Assembly (NCBI GenBank): GCA_030704615.1
Contig: CM060732.1
Coordinates: 37,076,001-37,140,000, forward strand
Reading direction: 5' to 3'
From: Takakia lepidozioides
Taxonomy: Eukaryota; Plantae; Bryophyta
Length of the DNA stretch: 64,000 nt
Within the stretch, counting starts at the first letter, position 1. Each line of letters begins with the position of its first letter. Shown piece by piece: positions 35,020 to 46,620 of this stretch. The position numbers and the translations under genes were made by a program. Below the pieces are notes generated by a model that had not been told where the DNA came from, ran no database searches, and saw only the letters and a list, made by a program, of their open reading frames with translations.

Positions 35020-38000
35020 ATGATAAGAAGGTTTGTGTGTGCGAAAACATCAATCCCCAGCTTCTTTCACACTACATCGCTGTCCTGCAAGCTCCCCGCT
35101 TCAGCTCCTGTCGGCATCTCTGTTGCCCCAGTGATCGGACTACCTCCCAGTAGGTCGGGAAGCAGAAGCAGGCAGGGCCTGTGGCGCTTGCAACAGGCAC
35201 GAGCTATGTCGCCGACAGCAATCACAGCACTACATGACATGAAGGATGGAGAATTTAAACGCACTGAGTCTAAGTTCAGGCACTTCGTTTCTCGAGAGCC
35301 GGGCGCTGACTTTCCGCCTGAAGCCGGGCGCTATCATCTGTACATCTCCTATGCTTGCCCCTGGGCGTCACGCTGTTATGCTTTCTTGAAGCTCAAGGGC
35401 CTGGAAGATGCTATCGGCCTCACTGTATGTTTGCCTTGATTCGTCCCCCTCCTTTCTGTGTGCAAGTTCTTTGTTTCTGGTATGCCTGGGTGATAGTATG
35501 CTTCTCATCCTTTGAGTTTGGTTTCTTCAAGTAGTTAGCTGGTATTGATGGGATTCGGAAAAAGGAACTGGGCGGATCATCACACACAATTGATCTATGC
35601 CGCAACACTCGTGGAAGCAGAAAAATGCATTGACACTGCTCGACCATATGATTTTTCCTCGATGATTTGTGTGACAACTGTATGCGTGTAAATGGCTGGA
35701 CTTGAAGTTTTTCTCCTCTTCCTCTGTTCCTCCTCAATTCGACCATCGTTGACATTGACTTAGATGTTGATGGTTCAAAATGCCCAGCTATTGAATCCAT
35801 CTCATTTGTTCAGTCGTTGGAAACAAGAAGGCAAGCAATACCAGAGGAAGGTCATTCTTTTGTGAATGGTTTTATCCCTTGGACAGGAGCTCCAGAGCCC
35901 CGTGGCTATCGTTAAAAGGAAACCCATAGAGAAAACGCAATGACAACCTTAAAAGAATTTGAACCTGTAGGTGAGTTTCTGGGCAGTGCTGTACGACGCC
36001 CATAAATTTTCTTTCACATTTAGGCTGAACTCGAACTAGAGATCTGGAGGATGGACTTCTAATGCGAGGTTGATCCTGAAATTCAGAAACTATTCATGAC
36101 AAAATGCCTGAGGACCCCAGTGCAGAATGTGATCTGGAAAGTGAAACCACCACTGCCTGAGAATCTTGAGTAATGAATCTAGTGACATGTGCTGTATTTT
36201 GAGCATGTGGGACTCAGTTCATGATTGCAACTGTTACTCTTGGTTTGACAATGATGATTGGGCAGCATGCTGAATGATTCCAAAAGGGGGCCACTATAGT
36301 CTTGATGAAATTTTAGCCTGAAGTTTTGCTGTCTGTTCCATCAGTTGATTTCCAAGTCACATCCACGTGGTGGGTTCTTATTTTCCTTTCTACAGATGGT
36401 GTAATGCATGCATAACTGGCAAGAAATCCGGGCTACATGAAGTTAGCCATACCAGCCCCATCAATAAATGAAATCGCAGGAAAACCTGGGTGTGGTTGGG
36501 CTGCCTGGTCTCTTCAACATATGAGAACAAAAGAAAGTGGCGTCTGGGCTCACTCTGTTGCTGTCACTCCTGTTTCAGTTAAAAGCTGACTCTATTTTCA
36601 CAACTTGTTGCAGGTTACAAACGCGAAGTGGGGAAAGACGAAGGAAGGTGATGATCACCATGGATGGGTTTTTGCCACCAATGGAGATGGGGAACCAGGT
36701 GCTCAGTCAGATCCCATCAACGGAGCCAGGACAATTCGAGAACTGTATGAAAAGGCCAGCTCCGGTTATACTGGAAAATTCACAGTCCCGGTAGCTGCGT
36801 CATACATTATCCATTCTGTTTCCGACGCCGTGTTTTAAAAGATCTGATCAATTTTGAGTCTGCCTTCTGGCTTGATTCTTCCATTGCAATTGCTTGAGGC
36901 TGTCAAATTTTGATAATTTTGGCATGACATTGTTGCTTTTCTGCTACTTTATGCCTTGTTCTCTGTTGATCATGCTTCTCGACAGCTAAGGTCCTCTTGT
37001 TCTCATCACAATGACACTGGTGTTAAGGAAGGATGTGTTAGAGATCATGGAAAAGCAGTTGAACTAGTCCGATGCATGTTTCCTGGGAAGTCAGGTCTCT
37101 TCACCTCTTGCTAATATCCATTTGAGAATTGCCATGTGTGTTTTGCATGGTTGGACAGGTGCTTTGGGACAAGAAGACCAGCAGGATCGTAAACAATGAG
37201 AGTTCTGAGATAACAAAAATGTTAAACGTCGAGTTTAATGATGTAGCTAGGCACCCAGAGCTCAACCTGTTTCCTCCCCATTTGCAAAGCAAGATAGATG
37301 AGATCAACGCCTTGACTTACAATGGCATCAATAATGGAGTCTATCGATGTGGCTTTGCGACCAAGCAGAAGCCTTATGAGGAGGTGGGCTGCATTTTCTC
37401 CCTGGAGAGTTTGGGTCCGTAGGAAGGTCCTTTGCAATGTGTTTCAATTATCTTATTTTTCTCGTTTTCTCTTTGTATTTCTGTGTCAGTGGTAGAGGGG
37501 GTCCAGTGGCAGTGCCAGCAGTCAGACACAATGTCAACACTCAAATCAGCCCCATACCTATCCTGCACCTGCAGACCCTGGTGTGTGCCAAAACCCACAG
37601 TCAGTTAGTCGCTGGGGACTTAAGAGCCATCATGAGCTGATCACACTTTGCCAATGGTCACAGGAAAGTAGTGCATTTCTCTCTTGAGACTCTCTTCCCA
37701 GACTTAATAAAACTATCTCCTAGGGTGGGCTTTCTACGGTCTCTATTTCTTAAAATTTTCAATTGAGATTGTTCCTATCAGCTAGTCTGTCTTTACTGCT
37801 GCTTTACTGCTTCTTTACTGTTGCTTAGGTTTCAGTCTTTCCAATTTATTGGTTTTCTTCTTTCTCGCTTCAGCTTCCCAGCCATTTGCTACCCTTTTCA
37901 TTGAAAGAAGCTGCTGGCCTTATGAAGGGCTGATCTGGAATGGCAGGCATTCCATGAGTTGTTTGATGCACTGGACAAGTGTGAGGAGATCCTATCCAAG

Positions 38001-38680
38001 CAGCGGTATCTTACTGGAAATTTGTTGACAGAGGCTGACATTCGTCTCTTTGTGACTCTCATCCGATTTGATGAGGTAGTTCTAATCCTGAATTCTCTTT
38101 CCATGTTTTTCAGTAGTGGTGGTTTCAGTCAAGAGACTATATTCTGGCCTTAGGGATCGACTCACTTCTCCCTCTTGCCCTCCCTATACTCTATACACTC
38201 TGACTCGTCCACCTTCCCAACAGAAGGCAGTAGCCTTCGGGGTGAAGAGACGCCATAATTTACGCTCGCTTCGGAAGACCAACTTTTTTTTTTCGCTCTA
38301 ACTGGAAAGGGAAAGGTTGGCCACATGTTTTGCAAGGTGGTACCGCTCTTGAAGACAATGTCATTGCTGAGGGGTATATATCTTTTTGTCTCCTGTTATT
38401 ACGTGTTTTTGCATTCAGGACAATTTACATGTCAACTTTTCGTGCACAGGTGTATTTCGTGTATTTCAAATGCAACAAGAGGCTAATAAGGGAATATCCC
38501 AATTTGTTCAACTATACCAAAGACATCTACCAGACTTCAGGTGTTGCTGACACTGTCAACATGGCCCATATAAAACAGCACTATTATGCGAGTCATCCTA
38601 CACTCAACACATATGGAATTATTCCTGTTGGGCAGACGTTGGACTATTCAACAAAGCATGATCGTAACAGGTTCAACTAA
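35020..38680 (+). CDS. GHR: Glutathionyl-hydroquinone reductase (GHR / Xi-class GST, YqjG/ECM4-like) with N-terminal transit-peptide-like extension; exons 35020-35424, 36614-36790, 37159-37383, 37947-38075, 38450-38680
   Basis: [16 protein letters not shown] (catalytic CPWA), [61 protein letters not shown]. Confidence 0.95.
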
Positions 38681-39520
38681 GTTACAACGTTGGAGGTGCA
38701 GGGCGATTGGTGTCAGATTTGTAGCCTTCACTTTTCCTTGTTGTGAAGGAGATATGTACATCTGCAGGTAGTTTGATGGGTTTATTTGACGCATGAGCAC
38801 ATGGGGAACCCTATGCTGCAAGTGATCTATAGATATGCTGTATCTATACTTCTAGTAGAGTGCCTCAGTGTCAAAACTGTGTGAAGTCAAATATTGCTTC
38901 TGTAAAGCCATACGGATGCATTTTGTCAATGGACTTTAATGTGTCAAGCACATCTGGGATTCTCTACCAGGTGATGACTCCCCTTGTGTGTTTTCGTCAC
39001 CTGCATTGCATCTGCAACTAGGTGATATGTGATGGGTAGTCTGAGGAGCGATACATAGTGACATTTACCTATAGTTATGAATCTTGTTTTCTCCACATGA
39101 TTTCTCATTAAGCATTTCAACTTAGGATCAATCTGCTAAGCATGCAAACACCTCCGAATGTGTTTGGCATTGTCTCAAACTTGTGAAGGGTGGTACATTG
39201 GTAGAAAGACGATTCAAATGCTTCCCTCAGTGCAGAAGATACCCTGAATGTCCGGATGGGGCCAGCTATCACAATGAAGAATCCAAAGGAGTATGTCTTT
39301 TATTAGAAACACTAAGCAAGTTTGATGCTGGAGCTACAAAAGAGAGACTAGTTTGCATTCCACTCAATGTAAGCGGCATGTGTTCTGAAGCAGGTGCGAT
39401 CTTACATTCTGTCCATCAGATCAGGTAAGTAAAGTTGTTACGAAGGTCGATCTTACATTCTGTCCATGGGATCAGGTAAGTAAAGTTTGTGACAAAGGTT
39501 GAAGACACAGAGCCACTGGT

Positions 39521-40009
39521 TTAAAGCCGTGTCAATGACAGACTGCTCATGTATTGGTGATCTGAGGTCGTAACTATCTTGCATTTGTAGAACCCTGAGG
39601 GGTAACTTATAATCTTCTCAATTGCTACTGCCTCAGAGATGTCACTGGACTGTTGGGCGGCTCCTAATATTCTGCGGGTCGCAGTAAAACTCTTCAGCCA
39701 GTACACACTGGGGACTTTCTCCAACTCCAGGGAGTAGAGATGTCCGCCTATTGACTCCAACTCCCTGCAATACAGCTGTGGAATCTGAGGACCGAAAATC
39801 AGACGGGGCCTTCTCCCTGTGGTGGCGTACTCCCTGACAGTCAGCTCCATCTTCTCCTTGCTAACCACCATTTGCTTGGGAAGCCATTCGGAAACTATGT
39901 ACCTCAGGACATTCATGCTGGCTCCGGACATGAAGGGACGATCTCCGTCGATCAGCAGTGGAAGCAAATCGTGGGAGCAATCAGAAAACTGCACACAGGC
40001 AAATGCCAT
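39521..40009 (-). CDS. Hypothetical 162-aa protein, copy A
   Basis: ATG-initiated ORF, open in both duplicate copies and ending at the same stop. No family recognised. Confidence 0.45.
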   Translation of the reverse strand: MAFACVQFSDCSHDLLPLLIDGDRPFMSGASMNVLRYIVSEWLPKQMVVSKEKMELTVREYATTGRRPRLIFGPQIPQLYCRELESIGGHLYSLELEKVPSVYWLKSFTATRRILGAAQQSSDISEAVAIEKIISYPSGFYKCKIVTTSDHQYMSSLSLTRL

Positions 40010-41872
40010 TGGTGGGTGATCAACAACAGGATGAGCAAAGCAATCATACAGTCAGCTGTGCAAGAAAGAATTCGTCTTAGCGCTGAAATGCGTAATGCTT
40101 TGCGAGCTCGCATGTAAGCATGACTGCCAACAGGAGTTGGTGGACACGAGAAACCAGAGGTCGCAGAGCAAATTCCTTCGAACAGGTACATGCCAAGCAC
40201 GTAAGCAATATCAAACGCACTTCAAATGTTCCAGCCACACCCACAGAATCAGAAAAACTCAGAAGCTGGCTTTGAGACAGATGCAGCACAGCAGCACAAT
40301 CCTACAGTCAGCTGTGAGAAAGAATTCGTCTTAGCGCTGAAATGCGTAATGCTTTGCGAGCTCGCATGTAAGCATGACTGCCAACAGGAGTTGGTGGACA
40401 CGAGAAACCAGAGGTCGCAGAGCAAACTCCTTCGAACAGGTACATGCCAAGCACGTAAGCAATATCAAACGCACTTCAAATGTTCCAGTCACACCCACAG
40501 AATCAGAAAAACTCAGAAGCTGGCCACAGCCTGAGGCGAATTTGAGACAGATGCAGCAGCTCAGCACTACAAGTACCTCAAACTGGGAGCCAGGGCTACC
40601 AGTATTCGAACAATGCTTGTCTCCCTGTGCCATCCTGGAAGAGTCGGCCCACAAGTCCTGGAGAAGCTACAAACTGTTGATCAAAAAGCTCCGCTGCAAG
40701 GGTTGCAGTGTGCGTCTCAAGTAATGGTCCGCAAGCTCCTGCACATACTTGTAAGGCTCCGTAGACACGCCTGCAACATCCAGCCGATCTCGAGAGCTGT
40801 ACAGCTCTCCAAGACGTGGGGATGGCGGCAAAAGCCCTTGATAGCGACAACCTGCGCCGCCTCTAATAACACCCCCGCTAATCCTCTATCCCTCCCGCTA
40901 ATTCACTTCCACGAACGTTTCTCCTCCGCCAACTTCCGCGGTCGGATCGCAGTGACGTCCATGTCAAACTCAGTGTGGAGATCGAGTCGTCTTTCCAACC
41001 GCAACGAGCACGCGATGAGCAACCGCCACCCTACGCATCAACCCTATTTTTTCTTTTTCTTTTTTCGGATTACTTGCAGGGGGGAAGCAAGGGAAAAACT
41101 ATCCGTGCCGGGACCATTGCCAGGCACTAAACTGGCCTATTTCATTAAGGGATGTGGGGATCGTCGCGACAATTATTTCTGCGTCTTAGTCTATTTTTGC
41201 AAGGAGAAATAGTGACACCGGTCGAGATGGAGGTCGTAGGTTGCTCTTTATGGATGTTGATGGAGGAGTTTGACAGCAGCAATGACATAACAAAGGGACC
41301 AAAAAGGTAGACTCCGGCCCATGCAAGCCTAAATTATGGTGTCGCTTGTCGCTTCGCCCCCAAAAAGGCTACGGCAAGGTGGAGATTGTAGCATAACATA
41401 GAGCCCACCCCTGAAAGGGAGCAGTACGCGCAATGTATTTATGCCAACTTCGGTCTAATATATGGGGCTTTATCGCAGAAGGAAGGAAAAGTAGCAGAGG
41501 TGGTGGGCACTTAAGAGTGTTTTTAAATCCGACCAGATTTCGAGCCGACAAATGCTTAGCTATTAGCTACATGTAGAGAAGAATTAAAATACGGAAGTTT
41601 CCACAAAAATGTGCCAGTGTCTCAATCGCAATTTGTGAACCTGTCACAACGTCACACCTCTCACCTCTCACCTCTGAAGAATCCAAAGGAGTCTAGTGTC
41701 TTTTATCAGAAACACTAAGCAAGTTCAAGATGCTCTAGCTACGAAAGAGAGACTAGTTTGCATTCCACACAATGTAAGCGTCATGTGTTCTGAAGCAGTT
41801 GCGATCCTACATTCTGTCCATGGGATCAGGTAAGTAAAGTTTGTGACAAAGGTTGAAGACAGAGCCACTGGT

Positions 41873-42364
41873 TTAAAGCCGTGTCAATGACAGACTGTTC
41901 AGGTATTGGTGATCTGAGGTCATAACTATCTTGCATTTGTAGAAACCTGAGGGGTAGCAAATAATCTTTTCAATTGCTACTGCCTCAGAGAGGTCACTGG
42001 ACTGTTGGGCGGCTCCTAATATTCTGCGGGTCGCAGTAAAACTCTTCAGCCAGTACACACTGGGGAATTTCTCCAACTCCAGCGAGTAGAGATGTCCGCC
42101 TATTGACTCCAACTCCCTGCAATACAGCTGTGGAATCTGATAACCGAAAATCAGACGCCGGGGCCCTCTCCCTGTGGTGGCATACCCACTGGCAGCCAGC
42201 TCCATCTGCTCCTTGCTAAGCACCATTCGCTTCGGCAGCCATTCGGAAACAATGTACCTCAGGACATTCATGGTGGCTCCTGACATGAAGGGACGATCTC
42301 CGTTGATCAGCAGTGGAAACAAATCGTGGGAGCAATCAGAAATCTGCACACAGGCAAATGCCAT
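41873..42364 (-). CDS. Hypothetical 163-aa protein, copy B (paralogue of 39521-40009)
   Basis: MAFACVQISDCSHDL...SLSLTRL*. The only indel seen relative to copy A within the ORF is an in-frame 3-nt insertion. Confidence 0.45.
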   Translation of the reverse strand: MAFACVQISDCSHDLFPLLINGDRPFMSGATMNVLRYIVSEWLPKRMVLSKEQMELAASGYATTGRGPRRLIFGYQIPQLYCRELESIGGHLYSLELEKFPSVYWLKSFTATRRILGAAQQSSDLSEAVAIEKIICYPSGFYKCKIVMTSDHQYLNSLSLTRL

Positions 42365-44204
42365 TGGTGGGTGATCAACAACAGGATGAGCAAAGCAGCA
42401 CAATCATACAGTCAGCTGTGCAAGGAAGAATTCGTCTTAGCGCTGAAATACGTATTACTTTGCGAGCATGTAAGCATGACCGCCAACAGGAGTTGGTGGA
42501 CACGAGAAACCAGAGGTCGCAGAGTAAATGCATTCTCACAGGTACATGCAAAGCACGTCAACAATCAAAGGCACTTCAAATGTTCCAGCCAAACCCACAG
42601 AATCAGAAAAGCTCAGAAGCGGGCCACAGTCTTCGCCGAATTTCAGACAGATGCAACAGCTCAGCACTACAAGTACCTCAAACTGGGAATCAGGGCTACT
42701 AGTATTCGAGCAGTGCGTGTCTCCCTGTGGCATCCTGGAAGAGCCGGCCCACAAGTCCTGGAGAAGCTACAAACTGTTGAACAACAGCTCCGCTGCAAGG
42801 GTTGAAGTGTGCATCTCAAGTAATCTTGCGCAAGCTCCTGCACATACTTGTAAGGCTCTGTAGACACGCCTGCAACGTCCAGCTGATCTCGAGAGCTGTG
42901 CAGCTCCGGCAAGACGTGGGGATGGCGGCAAACTCCCCGCTCTGCGCTTCTTTCCCGGTGACAGCGACAACCTGCGCCGCCTCTAATAACACCCCCGCTA
43001 ATCCTCTCTCCCTCCCGCTAATTTACTTCCACCAACGTTTCTCCTCCGCCCACTTCTGCGGTCCGATCGCAGTGACGTCCATGTCAAACTGTGGAGATCG
43101 GGCCGAGTTGTCTTTCCAACCGCCACCCTACGCATCAACCCTATTTTTTTATATATTTTTTCGGATTACAGGGGACAACTTAACTTAGCCCTGGCATGGC
43201 ATTGAGAAAGCAAGGGAAAAAAATTAACCGTGCCGGGGACCATTGCCAGGCACTAAATTGGCCTATTTCATTAAGGGATGTGGGGATCGTTGCGACAATT
43301 ATTTTTGCGCCTTGGTCTATTCTTGCAAAGAAAAATAGTGACACCGGTCGAGATTGTAGGTTGCTCTTTATGGATGTTGATGGAGGAGTTTGACAACGAC
43401 ATAACAAAGGGACCAAAAAGATGGACTCCGGCCCATGCAAGCCTAAATTATGGTGTCACTTGTCGCTTCGCCCCCAAAAAGGCTACGGCAAGGTGGAGAT
43501 TGTAGCATAACATAGAGCCCACCTCTGAAAGTGAGCAGTACGCGCAATGGAAAGAGGCTCTTATTCTTATTTATGCGGTTGGTCGTTGTCTAATATATGG
43601 GGCTTTATTGCGGAAGGAAGGAAATGTAGCAGAGGTGGTGGGCACTTAGTAGTTAATTTTCAAATCCGACCAGATTTCCACCCGATAAATGGCTAAGTTA
43701 GCTATTAGCTACATGAAGAGAAGAATTGGGAGAATATCCGGAAGTTTCCACAACAGTGTGCGCATCTGTCACAACGTGCCACGTGCCATATAAGCCACAT
43801 TTGTACGGGTGCCAGCTAGTCTTTTTCGCCACGTGGGTGATGGGTAGAACGTACAGGTGGCCCCGGCGGTCACTTTTGAAAAATGTAAAAACAAACAGTG
43901 GTGGGTAGAGTGTACTGAGCAAGTTTAGAACGTGGTTGTGTGCAGGTTTTGTTTATTATGGTAATGAGTAAGGATGTACATGGGTCAAATCATCTTAATT
44001 TTTTTTTGTTTTTGTTCGCCCTGCCACTGGAAGGCAGTGTGGATCGGATCGGATTGCAAATGGAATGACTTTGACCAGCTGGCAACGGGAAAAAAAAAGA
44101 CCAGCTGGCACACTGGGTTCTTTTCTTATGTTCCTTAGATGTTCCATTGATGGATGAATCTATGATTTTATTAGATGATTTTCATTCTTCCATTAAGAAT
44201 TCGG

Positions 44205-45300
44205 TTTTTTTTTTTTTTTTCCCCCTTTTTTTGTTTTTTTAGTGAACAGGGGGATTGTAGCCCTGGAAATTTTATTAAGGTAAGGAAAAAATAACCTTAC
44301 AAAAGCCATAAAAGATTTGGGCTAACTATTCCTTCATTGCTTAGAGGTTGATTATTTTACGGAATTGCTCTTTATGATTCTAGTGACCCATTCCGAATCT
44401 GGAATATGACAGTGAAATAGGTCACTAGAACTTAGCCCTAATCTTTTATGCAATGGAACGGGATTTCTAGTGACTACTACGGTAGGTTCGATGCCCGCTC
44501 ACCTGACGCTCCGCCTACGGGGGCCTCACGTCAAGTTCGCCCCCGCCGGCATCTTACCTGCTGTAATAGTCACTAGAAATCCCGTTCCCTATTACATAAG
44601 GCAGAGAAGAGAGGTACCACTCAGAGCCTAAAGTCCAAGAGAAGCATCAGGGGAATCAAGGAAGGCAGCAAGCAGAACCTACAAACTGCCACCTAGAAGC
44701 AGAGGCTGCAAACAAGGCAGCGGAATGAACCTAGCAAGCTGCTAAACTCCAAGCCAACAACTAGGAAGTCAGCTAAGGCAGGGATTTGTGCTAAGTGGCA
44801 GCCCAACAGAAACACCACTTAGCTGACAGCAGAAACACTAGCAAAGGACCACCAAGTAGCAGACCAGACTGCCGGGCCTGAGCAAAACAAACACTAAGAG
44901 CTTGAAGGGGCCAGATCAAGCAGCAGAACGAAGATCTGCTCTATCTACGGAGTGCCAAAGTTGATGAAGCAGTCTTCAAGAAGACTAGAATGAACCATAG
45001 GCAAGCCAAACAGGACCGACTAAGAGAGGATGCTCCTATGAAGAACTCCTTTTCCTTTTAGGTGCTTCAAATGACATAACTTATGCGCCTTGATTTTCCA
45101 TTCCTTAGACTGCATTTGTGCCTCCAATTCACCTCCCCTCTTCCGCATCGAGAGGGGAATCCTTGGCACTAACGGAGCTGCCAGCGAGGGAGGGATAGAG
45201 TCGTTCCATTCAATTCTAGAGTAAGGATCAGTCATCGGATTCTCGGTTTACCGTGTGTTCAGGCCGAATCAGGCCTTATGGCAGCCTTCGGGCCTATAAG
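44205..45300 (-). mobile_element. Heavily 5'-truncated L1-like LINE (tail, 3' UTR, tip of ORF2), interrupted by hairpin elements
   Basis: T tract 44204-44240, then the same terminal module as LINE copies 1 and 2 (AACAGGGG..CCCTG..TTTATT..GAAAAAATAACC..GCCATA). IEWNDSIPP at about 45190-45215 resembles the copy 4 C-terminal CIWNKQPP. Confidence 0.6.
44378..44601. repeat. Two adjacent hairpin/MITE-like inverted repeats sharing the core TTCTAGTGAC...GTCACTAGAA
   Basis: 44378-44394 pairs with 44414-44430 (15/17). 44455-44476 pairs perfectly with 44567-44588 (22 bp), with imperfect extension both outward and inward. Confidence 0.85.
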
Positions 45301-45929
45301 GGTTTTAATTTTTCTTCCCTTCAAATTTTAATAATTCAAATAAAGCTTTAATGGACTTCCAAGTTCCTCCCCTTTCCCCAAAAAAACAAAAAAACAAATA
45401 GACGATATATGATGAGATTTCAACAATATTTATCATGCATAATAAGAATAAATAAATGCACCAAAAATCAAACAAGGCTAGTAGGCTGTCGGTAAAAAGG
45501 CCAAAGACTATTACAGTCAATGGAGAATGTATGGTCAACTGTCTTTACGACTCTTCCTCTACGTTAAAGAAACTTTATCTTTTATCTTTATCTGCTGCAA
45601 ATTCATTGGTGATGACTCATGCCCATGTTTTAACTTTTGACACGCTCAAATGGTACACAGTAAATATAAGAGCTAGTAAAAACTGTTCGAAACACCGCAC
45701 TTTTGCAGCAATGAACGGAGCAGGAGCGTTGAGACGTTGAGACTGAAAGACAGGTTTAACTAGACATCTGATGGCAGACTTACCATGACTACACGCGCGT
45801 GCGAGACTTACCAGTACGCATGACTCTCAAGCTAGAAGCTCTAAGTTAAAGCATGAGGGTACGCATGACTTACCTTGACTTACCTAGTGCTTGGGAGACT
45901 TAGCATTAGGTCCGGGCGGCCCGGAGATG

Positions 45930-46180
45930 CCTTTGGCGAGCCCACTGTCAAATCCTCACCCCCTTCTCTCCCTCCTGTAACACCTTATATTATGATATAG
46001 AGGTGGGGAGTGTGAAGGCAAAGGGCACCCTATGAGATTCGAACTGGAGACCACGGCAGTATCAATGAAGGTACCGGCTGTCTCCACTGTGTTAATGTTC
46101 GGGTTCACAGGCGGGCGGTGGACGGCGGGTGGAAGGCAGCAGGACAGGGGGTGGGATTTGACAGCGGGCCCCACCAAAGG
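45930..46180. mobile_element. MITE-like element with ~34-bp terminal inverted repeats
   Basis: CCTTTGGCGAGCCCACTGTCAAATCCTCACCCC (from 45930) versus GGGGGTGGGATTTGACAGCGGGCCCCACCAAAGG (46147-46180). No TSD resolved. Confidence 0.6.
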
Positions 46181-46261
46181 TCTGCCACGTACCCCACTGG
46201 CCTGAAACACAGGTGATCGGAAACTGGAAACTTCATTTCTAGACCCTAGACTTGTTTAAGC

Positions 46262-46620
46262 ATTTTTTCTTTTTCTTTTTTTTATAAAGTTTTTGCAAGA
46301 AGGGAGGTAAAATGTTTACAGTTTAAACTACCAGGTTTTAACGTTTTAACCGGGGTTTATTTTTAAACAAAACAGGGCAGAGGCCCGGATAAAAACTTTA
46401 TTAAGAATTATCTGGGGGGAAAAAATAAAACCCCTGTTACACCATGAGGCCCTAATCAGCGAAGAAGAACCAAGCCCCTCATAGAGAGGTGAAATCGAGA
46501 CCAGGCCCAAGCAGATACTGCCAAATAACCATCACGTAGAGTCTACCAAACCTTTTTAAGGCGTGGTTTCTAAGGAAACAAGAAGTAAGAAATTAATTCA
46601 TGATTAGGACCATAATTAAG
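46262..46620 (-). mobile_element. Short LINE 3'-end remnant or non-autonomous derivative
   Basis: T tract at 46262-46294. 46365-46452 (AACAGGG..GCCC..TTTATT..GAAAAAATAAAACCCCTGTTACACCATGAGGC) matches the LINE copy 2 terminus at 8415-8545. The right boundary is a guess. Confidence 0.55.

Larger units (their letters stand above)
39275..43780. repeat. Tandem segmental duplication: copy A about 39275-41655, copy B about 41675-43780
   Basis: Both start TGAAGAATCCAAAGGAGT and end CTGTCACAACGT, with colinear high similarity throughout. Copy A has extra internal duplications (about 39398-39500 and 40043-40525). Confidence 0.95.

Noticed and set aside
40613-41212. 199-aa plus-strand ORF in duplication copy A
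   Set aside because: Not preserved in copy B (frameshifts and stops), non-ATG start, and it runs through a low-complexity T tract.
45860-45900. U1 snRNA gene suggested by ACTTACCT
   Set aside because: The downstream sequence does not resemble the U1 body or an Sm site.
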